Assembly (NCBI GenBank): GCA_002245135.1 | Contig: NGBS01000023.1 | Coordinates: 62,001 to 103,638 of the forward strand | Origin: Proteromonas lacertae | Taxonomy: Eukaryota | DNA length: 41,638 nucleotides | Reading direction: 5' to 3' | Shown here: one piece after another, positions 26,583 through 37,600 of the stretch | Numbering within the stretch: position 1 is the first letter of the stretch | How the letters are laid out: each line of letters starts with the position of its first letter | Made by a program: the position numbers and the translations under genes | Notes under the pieces: model-generated | Seen by the model: the letters and a program-made list of their open reading frames with translations, nothing else | What the model was told of the DNA's origin: nothing | Databases searched by the model: none

Positions 26583-27425
26583 ATGGGCTTGTATATTGAT
26601 ATTTATTATTTTAATAGTTGTTCTTGTATTTTGAAGTCATTTATGGGGATTGTGAACCTCGTAATTGCGTATATTTTGTTTTAATCCTTGTAGTGGTGTA
26701 GGAATATTGTTTATTACGCTAGGAATAATTGGAATGCTTAAATCTGACGATATTGGTATATTTTGCTAATTTTTTATTCTTAGGGATTGGCTTAATTAAC
26801 AAATCAGTAATGGGAGCTGTATTTGCCTTTGGGTTAATCATGTTCTTTTGTGGTGTTATTGGATATATTATAATAGGAAGAAGTGGCAAAGAAAGATGTA
26901 ACTCATGCTTTTCTTGGATGTATAGAGTAATTATATATATATTATAAATAGCTATGCTTTATTTATGTTCGTTGTTATCTTATGTGAAATTATTTTAGCT
27001 GTATGTTTTATGGTTATGATGGATAAAACAAGCTATGATGGTATTTTTTTATATTTTTTTAATTTTCTTTATTTTCTTGTATAGTATATGGCTTAAAGGA
27101 AGAATTGAACCAGGCAATAAATGATACTTTCCGTGTATGTTGTAATGCTACTCAAGAAGTAAATAAGAAATGCAGTTTCTTAAATAATTTACATGCTAAT
27201 TGTGCAACTGAAGAACAGTTCAAATCAAGTTGTATAGCCACAATCAATGATGCTATTAATCCTATATATGGAATTTTTATTGCGATAATAGTTGTTGAAT
27301 TCCTTGCGATTATTGTTGGTTGTTGTATTACTTGTATAGGAGTAACTCCTAAACAGAGTAAATATCACAGTGTTGGTGATGATGGTACAGATGAAGAAGT
27401 TGTTGGGTTGAGAGTAAAGAGTTAA
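26583..27425 (+). CDS. Tetraspanin-like four-TM protein
   Basis: Spliced model gives 3 TM, a Cys-rich loop (RVCC..C..C..C) and a fourth TM; five short introns. Confidence 0.7.
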
Positions 27426-27535
27426 TGATTAAAAATACATTTCTTTTTTATTTTTTTGTATATATGTTAATTGGTTAGATGTAAAAAAAACTGTCAAAAA
27501 CAAGTAAAACATATTTATAAATAATTTAAATAAGG

Positions 27536-27989
27536 TTATGATGTATAAGCTTCATTTTCTTCAATAAACTTCTTTATTTGATTACAGATATCTTCTTTAG
27601 CTTCTGGCTTTACAGAATCTATACAATTTAAAATAGATTAATGAATATACTTCTAGCAAAATCAATCAATTTTTCCTGAAGCTCTGTAACAGATATTTTA
27701 GTAATTCCACCTTCTTTTATAGTATCTAAAATAATTAAATAATTAAGGCATTGGAATACCTTTACATTTCTTTTTTACTTGATCCTTCCATCCTTGTCTA
27801 GTTAGAGCTTCTAATAAAATTTGCTTCAAACTAAAATAAATAAACAAATTTATTAATACACTTCTCTTTGACCAGTTTCAATCAATCTCTTTCTTATTGT
27901 GTCTCTTATTTCTTCATCAGTTTTATTTACAAATCCTCTATTGATTATATATTATATATATAATACGCTAAATGGTCTGTATCAGCCAT
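27536..27989 (-). CDS. ENY2: Transcription and mRNA export factor ENY2/Sus1 (absent from the ORF track)
   Basis: Spliced peptide ...RKRLIETGQRE-LKQILLEALTRQGWKDQVKKKCK-TIKEGGITKISV...; four short introns; TAA at 27536. Confidence 0.85.
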
Positions 27990-28176
27990 ATTTCTATAAA
28001 ACGAAAATAAATTCAAAAATAGAGTGAGTAGAAACGAATTAATATTTTGGAATAAAACGGTTTGAAATATTTTTGTCATTTTTTCTTAATAACTCGTTTA
28101 TTAGTTATCAAATATTTTTTAGAACTTAGTTAAATCGTTATTATAGTCATTGTAAATATTCCAGACAACTATAGAA

Positions 28177-31100
28177 ATGGATAAAGAAGAAAAAAAGGAA
28201 GATACTCAAGAAGCAGGCATATTGTCTCCATTAGTTCCTCCAACAGAGCCTAACACAGCACAATCATCAGGATCTCCTCCAGCTCCAAAAACTCCACCAC
28301 AAGGTGATCAAAAGAAAAGAACCCAAATTGGCTCTTCAAATCCAAATACACCTCAACCAGAACAATCTAAAAAAGTCAATCCTTTATTATTACTTAGTTC
28401 TGGCAAAAGACTAAATGCAAGGCCAAAAGCTCCTCCAGAGTCTAATACAAATCCTGTTCAACCTGCGCCGCATTCTCAAGAGTCTCCGGTAGTAAGAAGA
28501 CCATCAATAAAAACTCCGCAACAAAAACCTAATCCAGAGACTCAAAATGCAAATCCTTTCACATCAAATGATGCTAGAATATCGCCAGAACCACCACCAA
28601 CTGTGAATACTAGTATTGAATCAAAACCGCCATTACACGAGAAATCAAAGACACCTGAACCAGCTACACCTTCTCCTTTAACAATGAAGGTAGTTACCCC
28701 ATCTGAAGGTATAGCGATTAAAACTAAGCCAGTACCGCTCAATCAAAGGAATAAATCACCTGCTGTTGTTAATAAAACTCCAGTTAATGTAGCAAGACAT
28801 TTATTACACCGTGGAAGTTTATCAAAGCCAATTAATTCGCAGTTTAATTCAATTGCTAATTTTAAGGAAGATTTAGATAATTTCGATGAATCATTGTTAA
28901 CACCAGCAGCAAATACACCAGCAATAATAACCGCACGAAAAGCAACATTTGATCCAGCAAAACAACCAAATTCAGCTAATCTCGGTGGTATTGAAGTAGA
29001 TCCTAAGGATTTATTACCAACAGACGATGTTCCAATACCGTTTGATCATCGTACTGGTTTTATAGCTGATATGGAAAAGAAATTGACAGATGAGACAATT
29101 CCTCCATATATTGATGAATTTTTAGATGAAGCTGATCGATCTGCATTAATAGTCGGTTCTTATCCTATAGAAGAAATAAAAAAACAAGAAATTAAACTAG
29201 AAGAAGAAAGATTAAAAGAAGGTCAAGCAATTATTGAAAGGTATAGAAAAAGAGAACAAAACTTAGCAAATCATGTGCAAAACAGCAAACAGGAAGTAAT
29301 GAAAGAATATATGACATTAAGATCACATATAATTGCCTTAGAAAAACAATGTGCTGAACAACAAGAAAAACGACGAAATACCTTACATGAAGTATTTAAT
29401 TATGCTGAAAACAAGATGATTAATAAAATAAGAAGTCAAGAAGGTGATGTAAGAGATGTTTATGGTGAAATTACACTAGATAATCCAAACGCAGCTAGAA
29501 AATTCCACGCTGAATACAATCATTTACCTCAACCAATTCATATTAAATTATTAATGATGAGAGCTGTGAAAGATAGATTACAAGCTGGTAGATATTTGTG
29601 GTTATTAACGATGTATGATCGATTAGGAGGACATCCTATGAAATGGACTACATTAGGTTATACTGGTATACCACACTTAAAGGATAATAATAGCAGTAGT
29701 TCAATTGGAGCAACCAAACCTGTTTGGCATAACGGTAAGTTTTACAATACACAATTAACGTTTAATCAAGATTTATTTGCCTCTTGTCCTTCTAAGAATG
29801 ATGCTAGACCTTCTTATTGTTTTATATTAGAGTTATTTTGGCTTGGTAATAAAAGATCTCCTGTTGATAAAGTAGTTGGTTGGACTGTATTACCAATGGT
29901 TGATTCTAACTTTGAAATAGTAAAAGGTAAATTCAAATTGCCTGTCTTAAAAGGTGAAGTGAATATGCATATTGATAAATATACATCCTTTGAGAATCAA
30001 TATTCTAATAATCTTGATACTTGGCTAGGTAACTTGTATTTAGAAATTAATCACTTACCTCGTGAACAGACATTAGTCAATCATCATGTGAATGAATATG
30101 ATGCAGAAATCGCTTATAATACTGAATTATTACAGTTACAGAATGACCAGGATATGTATGAAGGTGTAAAACCAAATAAAATCAAAGAAGTTTCAGTTCC
30201 TGAAGAATTATATGAAAAGCAAGATCATGGAATATTCTCTTGTTTTAGAAGGAATAATAAAAAACAAAAAGTTGATGAAGACTTAGAAAATAATAATAAT
30301 AATAATGGATTAAATATAAAACAATCAATAGATACAACAACTGTAGTATCAACTAAACCATCTATAGATGTAATATCATCATCAAAATTAAGTCAACCAT
30401 TACCTTCTACTGTAGTTAATAATAATAATAATAATAATAATGGTGTATTAAGATCACGTAGTCATATTCCATCCACAGCTGATTTAACTCAATCAGTTGC
30501 TAATTTAAACAATGTACCAAGTACAGCCAGTGTATCTTCAATGAAAACAAGAGGTAGTACTTTCTTTTCTCAGAGTAATTTGAATACACGAAAATATATG
30601 GAAGTAAACAGTGATGAGATTGATGTAAGTCAATATTTATATGAAGTAAAGAGATTTAGTCAAATTGATATGGTTACTACACGAATGCAGGAAGGAATAA
30701 AGAAAACTAAATATATTAAAGTTGAATTAATGCATGATTTAGGTTTAGATAATTGGAAATCATTAGAATTTTGGTTAACTTTAATTATATTAGTAATTGC
30801 ATTTATATTAAGAATATGGACACATTATTTAGGTCAATATATATACTTAAAAGCACTCCGAGTTCCAGTATATGATTTTACATTCATGTTTTATACAACA
30901 GTAATGAAATATATACAAGAAGCAATACCATTAGAAATTGAAATATTAGAAGTTTGTATTGGTCCATTTACTAATATTATTGTATTCGTTATCTTAATGA
31001 TGATTGGATGGTTATGTAGGAAGATGTTAGGAGGTGTAACTGATGTGATGAGTAAGTTCTTATGCTGGTGGGGTGTTTGCACTTTCTTTGATCCTATATT

Positions 31101-31800
31101 AATATTAATTGTTGATTTAATTAGTCATAATTATGATTGTTCTAGATTGAGTAGATGTAGTGATGTTTCTAGCCCTGATTGTACTTGTAGTGGTGGTGAT
31201 GCAATGAAATTGTATTTATTTTTTCAAAGAACTGAAGGTAATGGTATTGTTGGTGTATTTATTACGATATTAATATATGGATGTTTAATGACATTGTCTT
31301 TCTTTGCTTTATATACTTATATGTTGTATATACATATGAATGGTAGAATGTTGGATATTTATAGAAGATTAAATGGTTCTCATGATACATTCTATATTCC
31401 TGATGATTTTGAAATTAGTTGTAATGAATTGATATTTATATGTAGTAAAGCGAATAAATGGACTAGTCCTGAAGGAACACAAAAGAGAATTGGTGTTTGT
31501 ACTTATACACTTACTGATCCATTAGATCGATCATACAAAGAGATTACCACTCATTTAACCATTTATGAACAAGAATTAAATGGAGTGAAGAAATTGGATA
31601 GACATTTCTTAAGATTACCTGATGGTACAATATTAGAGCTATTTGGTAATATGATGCTGAATTATGGACCACAATATAATGCTTTAGAAAAAATAATATT
31701 GCATTCTAGTGAAGAAAAAACTGGTGAACAGAATGTTGAGAAATTCTTGAATGGTTTGAATGGTAATGCAAAAGTAGATGTAAGACTTGTTGAACATTAA
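28177..31800 (+). CDS. OFCC1/ojoplano-like membrane protein, 1207 aa, intronless
   Basis: Pro-rich N-terminus, coiled coil, C2-like region (PQPIHIKL..RAVKDRL..G.Y..YDRLGG, GKFKLPVLKG, WLGNLY) and about 4 C-terminal TM; family assigned from recalled motifs. Confidence 0.6.
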   Translation: MDKEEKKEDTQEAGILSPLVPPTEPNTAQSSGSPPAPKTPPQGDQKKRTQIGSSNPNTPQPEQSKKVNPLLLLSSGKRLNARPKAPPESNTNPVQPAPHSQESPVVRRPSIKTPQQKPNPETQNANPFTSNDARISPEPPPTVNTSIESKPPLHEKSKTPEPATPSPLTMKVVTPSEGIAIKTKPVPLNQRNKSPAVVNKTPVNVARHLLHRGSLSKPINSQFNSIANFKEDLDNFDESLLTPAANTPAIITARKATFDPAKQPNSANLGGIEVDPKDLLPTDDVPIPFDHRTGFIADMEKKLTDETIPPYIDEFLDEADRSALIVGSYPIEEIKKQEIKLEEERLKEGQAIIERYRKREQNLANHVQNSKQEVMKEYMTLRSHIIALEKQCAEQQEKRRNTLHEVFNYAENKMINKIRSQEGDVRDVYGEITLDNPNAARKFHAEYNHLPQPIHIKLLMMRAVKDRLQAGRYLWLLTMYDRLGGHPMKWTTLGYTGIPHLKDNNSSSSIGATKPVWHNGKFYNTQLTFNQDLFASCPSKNDARPSYCFILELFWLGNKRSPVDKVVGWTVLPMVDSNFEIVKGKFKLPVLKGEVNMHIDKYTSFENQYSNNLDTWLGNLYLEINHLPREQTLVNHHVNEYDAEIAYNTELLQLQNDQDMYEGVKPNKIKEVSVPEELYEKQDHGIFSCFRRNNKKQKVDEDLENNNNNNGLNIKQSIDTTTVVSTKPSIDVISSSKLSQPLPSTVVNNNNNNNNGVLRSRSHIPSTADLTQSVANLNNVPSTASVSSMKTRGSTFFSQSNLNTRKYMEVNSDEIDVSQYLYEVKRFSQIDMVTTRMQEGIKKTKYIKVELMHDLGLDNWKSLEFWLTLIILVIAFILRIWTHYLGQYIYLKALRVPVYDFTFMFYTTVMKYIQEAIPLEIEILEVCIGPFTNIIVFVILMMIGWLCRKMLGGVTDVMSKFLCWWGVCTFFDPILILIVDLISHNYDCSRLSRCSDVSSPDCTCSGGDAMKLYLFFQRTEGNGIVGVFITILIYGCLMTLSFFALYTYMLYIHMNGRMLDIYRRLNGSHDTFYIPDDFEISCNELIFICSKANKWTSPEGTQKRIGVCTYTLTDPLDRSYKEITTHLTIYEQELNGVKKLDRHFLRLPDGTILELFGNMMLNYGPQYNALEKIILHSSEEKTGEQNVEKFLNGLNGNAKVDVRLVEH

Positions 31801-31914
31801 AGATTAGAATAATAATTATTTTACTTTATATCGTTTATCATATTATGTATATGTTTTTATTTTTATTGTTTAATAATGCAAATTCGTAATATTAACCCAA
31901 ATAAATAATAGAAT

Positions 31915-34661
31915 CTGGGTTGAATAATAAAGGGACAGGGCAGTGGCGGGACAAGGGCATGTCCCGGGCAAAAATTGAAAGGGGCGTCCTTTATACTATC
32001 TAAAAATAGAAAAGGGTACAATTTGCCCTTTTCAATTATTTTATTTGAATTTTTATATTTTGTGCGATTTTAGGGATATTAAACGCTATAAAAATATTTA
32101 TTCTTTTCATAATTATGTATTATTATCTTATAACAATAACAAACAATAATATTTCATTATAATAATAGCCTTAAAAGTAAGGGCTTTGAGATCCTTCATC
32201 ACTAAAACCTTCATCACTAGAACTTTCATTTTCATCACTAGAACTTTTATCTTCATCAATAGAATTTTCATCACTTAAACCTTCATCGCTAGAACTACCA
32301 GAACTTTCATCTTCATCACCAGAACATTGATAATCTAAAGTGTCATATACTATATTGTTATCAATTTCATTCAGCACATCTAAATTATATTCTTCTTCAC
32401 TAATATCATTATCATCTTCATTTCTATCTTTTTCTTTGTTTTTTTCTTTTAATAAATCATATTTTATTCTTAAAATATTATTTATAGTATTAAGCTGTAA
32501 TTTATTTCTAATATGATTATGAACTATTCCCTCAATACTAAATGAACGTTCAATAAATGAGCTTGTGACAGGAATAGTTGAAAGAATATCATATAGCTTC
32601 TTAACATTTGGGTAAAAAACTCCATACATATTGTACCATATATTAGTTGATATCTTTTTCGAAAATATATCTGAAGGGCACTTTTTGGAGTATGGTTTTC
32701 TTCTTTCAAAATGATATATCTCATTTAATGCTTTCTGATTTAAAATAGGGCTGAATTTAGATAATATATATCTTTTTATATTATCCTTCTCCATGTCTGA
32801 AAATTTATGTTTACTGTTTATGTCTAAAAATTCATATAGAGCTAAAATGCTGTAGTTTGCATGTCTAGTCTCTTTTTTTATAATGTCTTTAATAAGTTCT
32901 TTTTCACTTGATGACCTTTTCATTAACTTTCTTTTAATTTTGGTCAATATTCTGAAACCATCATTTAATGTAGATGAATCTTTGCATAATAAGTGTATAT
33001 TTGTGGAAATATATTTTGCAATCTTGTAGCATTCTTTAATTTCTGGTATATCTTCTTCCTTTAATAATTTTATCTGTAATAAAATTTCTTTATTGAGTAA
33101 TATTTTTCTAAATACATCGCTATAGCTTGACCATCTCGTATCACATCCCTTGCGTATTTGGATATTTTTTTGTATAATTGAATATATAATTTCTCTAATC
33201 TTTTGATTATTATTTAACTTATGAATAATGTCATTACACATGACTATCACTTTTTTGTATTTCTCTATTTCGAATACTTTTTTACTGATTAAGTTTAGGA
33301 TGTGTGCTAAACATCCAAACTTTACTACAGGTCTATTTATTTTTTTCTCTAAAATACTACTTATCTTTTTCATGGTGTAGTTGTTATCACTACTCACAGC
33401 AACAATGTTTTTAATATCTAGTTTATACTTCACTAATGTTTGAATTATTAATTCCACTATATTTTCTGATGTTTCTCGTTTATGTAAATAAATGGATTCC
33501 AAAAACGAAATATCACTGCTTTTCTTTATTGCCAAATTAATAACGTTTTCATTGGTTACTGATTTCCAAGAGTCCACAATTATACATATTTTACTGTTAT
33601 CTACAATTTCCTTTACTATTCTTTCTGCTTCTTCGTTCATTGATGCTTTTATTTTGTTTATTGTTATTGACTTTGTAGTTGGATTTAATGCATATATTAG
33701 ATTTTTAAAGGATTTAGATTGTATGGTTCTGAAAGCTAAGTTATTTTCTATAAGATATTTGGTCACCATTAAGTTTATTGCACGTTCATCATATCTCAAT
33801 TCTGTAAGTTTTGATTGGATTAGCTTTTCACTACATCTAATTTAATAAATATAATAAATATATTTATACTTTTTGTAATGACGTTTCAAATTAGTGCAAT
33901 GAGCAATAATCATTGCCTTGCACCTTCTGCATTGAATTCTGTTGTATTTTTCAAGGGGTTTCTTTAACACCACATCTTCATTAAAGTATCTATACACAGC
34001 ATCTCTCGTTTTACCCATATACAATTGAAATGCAAAATGATAGCTCGAAATTCTCAAACCATTTTCTAAATATTCAAATAATTGCTTGAAATACATTAAG
34101 TAGTATGCAAAATATACTAAATAGTAATTTTGAAATAGTTTTTCTATTAGTTTATGAAATATATTATGTTATTATCATAACAAGTACTATTGATTATCAA
34201 TTAACTGAAAATACCCATTCTATAGCTATACTTCTTAATTATCTATATGATATATGTGTAATATACAAAATTATTTATTATATAAATTTCATTTATGTTC
34301 AGTGACGTCAATCACCTTGAAATGTACATAATGTATATATATGCATATCAGAATATGATATACAGTATGTATATTCTATATAATTAGTATATATGCATAA
34401 ACATATGATATTATATAATCATAAGAAAAGTAGATGACTATTATGCTATAATACACAATAATATATCCTTTTTAACATATGTTAGTATATCTAGATGATA
34501 ATATGGAAAAGTTATAACAAAAAATCAGAAAAAATATACTACAGCATAACACATGGTAATATTACTATGCCCGAGCAGTAAGGGGCAGGCTTCTTTTCAG
34601 CTGAAAAAAAAGGGGCAAAAATAGGGCAAAATTCGAAAAGGACGCCCTTTATCGAACCCAG
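31915..34661 (-). mobile_element. hAT DNA transposon, 2747 bp, apparently complete
   Basis: 8-bp TSD AATAGAAT at 31907-31914 and 34662-34669; TIRs CTGGGTTGAATAA and CTGGGTTCGATAA (reverse complement); GGGCA-rich subterminal repeats. Confidence 0.92.
32171..34018 (-). CDS. hAT transposase with BED zinc finger, one intron (33837-33869); alternative ATG at 34096
   Basis: BED finger CRRC...HYKKC formed by splicing; VDSW, SDN, CLAH, TRWSS and IERSFS motifs. Confidence 0.92.
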
Positions 34662-34696
34662 AATAGAATATAATAAAAATAATAATATATAAATGT

Positions 34697-37600
34697 TTAA
34701 GCAGCAACACCTTTAGGTTTCTTTGCTGGAGTCTTTCTACTACTACCACCACTACTACCTCTATCAGATGATTTCATTCTACAATAACAACACATTCCAC
34801 ATATCAACAATAAAATCAATACAAAACCACCACAAGATGCACCAATTATTATATAAAGAGTTGCATCTTCACTATTAGAACTATCACTATCTCCATTTTC
34901 ATCACGTGCTACAATATCTGGTTTGGAAACTTCTCCAACAAAAATTTTACTTATTATATTATTTGAAGATTTTAAGAATTCATCTCTTACTATTCTTAAA
35001 TTTTCACTTAATGTTAATATTTCATTTTTTATTTCTTTTGCTATTTTCAGTGGAGCTGTTACTGTTGTTTTAGCTATTACAGAATCTGTTTGTAGTATTC
35101 TTCTTCTACGAGATGAAGCATCTTGTAATACAACTGCTGTATTTGTTACATTTATTTCAGCTTTATTAATCAATCTTACTATTACTTCAGCTATTGCTAC
35201 TACTTCTTTATCTCCATATACACTAAATGGTTTTCCTTGTAATGTTAAATTAAATAATACTTTACCTATATTATTCTCAATTACTGGAGTTGCTTTTACA
35301 CATCCATCAACTATACTTCCCCATTCTCCTGCTCCTGTTATATTGTTCTTATAACAATAACGAGTCTTGAATCCTATTAATGGATCATCACATAATATAG
35401 TCGCTATTGAACCATAATTCGTTACTGGCCATTTTCCAGTGGATAAACAAGATGGTTTGGTTGATATTATTGTCAAATTGAATTTTATAAATCCACGTTC
35501 ATAATTACCATAAGATATTTCAATTACTTTATCATATTCAGTTGTTGTTGTTCCTGTTATTATACCTGTTTGACTCATTGATAATCCTTCACAATTCAAA
35601 TAAGCAGGCATAAATGAAAAAGCACTTTGCATTTCACCATCAAATTTTGGACTTGCAGGTTCTATTGGTTCATTTACTATTGCTACTAATGGATTAGTGT
35701 AGGATAAGGATTTAGGTAATGGGAAATAGATATTTAATGTTATTGTGAATCTCTGACTTCCACCACTATTTATTGCATTTATTGTGAATTTCACTTCTTT
35801 ATTATTGTTCTTTGCTTTTCCTCTTATTCGACCATTACTTTCATCAACTGTAAATCCTTCAGATTCAAGATTTGAAGCATCTATTGTCAAAGAATCAAAA
35901 TGGCCTTTATAGGTTGGAATTCCTGAATCAAATTCTTCTCCAAAATTCACTAATAATGTAAATGGGGAATTGGGTTTTGTTGGAACATTATATTTCCAAT
36001 CAGTTACTAATGGTTGAAGTACAGATATTGCTATTTCTACAGATGCTGAACCACCACTATTTGTTACTGTTACAGTATATGTTTTAGCTTCTTCTAATAA
36101 TTCAGTTGGTGTTCCTTCTATTGTACCTGTCTTTTCATCTATTTCTAATCCACTTGGTAAAGCTGGTTTTACACTTACTTTATAACCACCTGCATTTATT
36201 GTTGCTTTATAAGACACTTTTTGTCCTAATGTCATTTTCATTGATTCTATTCCATATGATATTTTAGTTGGTTTAGGATAATTTATTGTTATTGTGATTT
36301 TAGTATCAACAGATCCTTTTTCATTTATTGCTGTTACCGTAAATTCTGTTTTCTTTAACTCATGTTCTGAATTTCCTGATACTTGACCTGTTTTAGTGTT
36401 GAATTTTAAACCATATAATGAAACATCTGGTTCAATTGTAAAACTAGTCGCTGTTCCTATTACTTCAGGTTTTTCAGATACCGTGTCTAATCCCATTGTA
36501 AATACCATATTTTCATTCTTATATTTTACTGATTTTGGAGCTGGATAAACCATATAAATCTTTATTTGTGTTTTTGCACTTCCATCTGCATTTGTGGCTG
36601 TTATTGTATATGTTAATGGTGTTGATGAATATTTGGTAGCTGATCCAGATATTTTACCTGTTGATTTATCAAATTCTAAACCATATTGAGCTAATGTAAC
36701 CGGACTGTAAGAATATTCGATTATATATTCAGCATCGGTTGTAGCTTCACTTGTTTCACTATATTCAGTTTGTGTAAATGTGAAATTATTGGAAGTGTAT
36801 TCTACCTTAGTTGGTTTGGGATAAATTACTTCTAATGATAAATCTGTTGGAGTATCACCTTCAGCATTACTTGTAATAACTGTAAACTTTACAGCTGGAT
36901 AAATTCTTGTAGTATATCCTTCTCCTGTTATTTCACCTGTATTATGGTCTAATTTAAATTCTGAAGGGAAATTTTCTCCTTCTTTAATTTCATTAACTTG
37001 ACCATTCTTTGTTGGAATTCCAGAACTAAATGTTTCACCAATTATTGCTTTCATTGTTTGACTTGCATAACCTAAAGTACCTGGTTTTGGATAAACACTG
37101 TTTATATTTACAGTTGCTTCTACACATATACCATTTTTATCACAACCAGATACTGTTACAGTTCTATCAAATACAGTCTTTGTTTGACCATTAAATTCAC
37201 CACTTTCTGTTAAAAATGTTATACTTTCATTCAATAAAAATTTTCTATCATCATCACTTATTCTATATGATGTTATTGAACTATCATGCTTAATTGGACC
37301 AACATTATTAGCAATACCTATATATCAATTTCAATGGATCTGCATATTCCAAGTTCTGTGGAGGAGCTTCACTTATCATTATTGTTATTTGCACGGAATT
37401 ACCATCACCACCATCATTACTTGCAAAAACTGTTGCTGTTGTTGATTCTAATGCACTTGTGGCTTTTCCACTTATACTTCCATCAACTTCACTAAATGTT
37501 AACCCACATTCTGTTATTTTCTTTAATGTATCTGTATTCATTGAGAATTTATCTATTACACTTCCTTCAGCTTTTCTTGGTCCTTCTACTCTTTTCTCTA

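Noticed and set aside
31915..32035. GC-rich patch as an ncRNA or CRISPR-like repeat
   Set aside because: Explained by the transposon terminal and subterminal repeats; no repeat-spacer periodicity.
34105..34305. Possible second gene in the transposon
   Set aside because: AT-rich Ile/Tyr-biased ORF with no recognisable motif.
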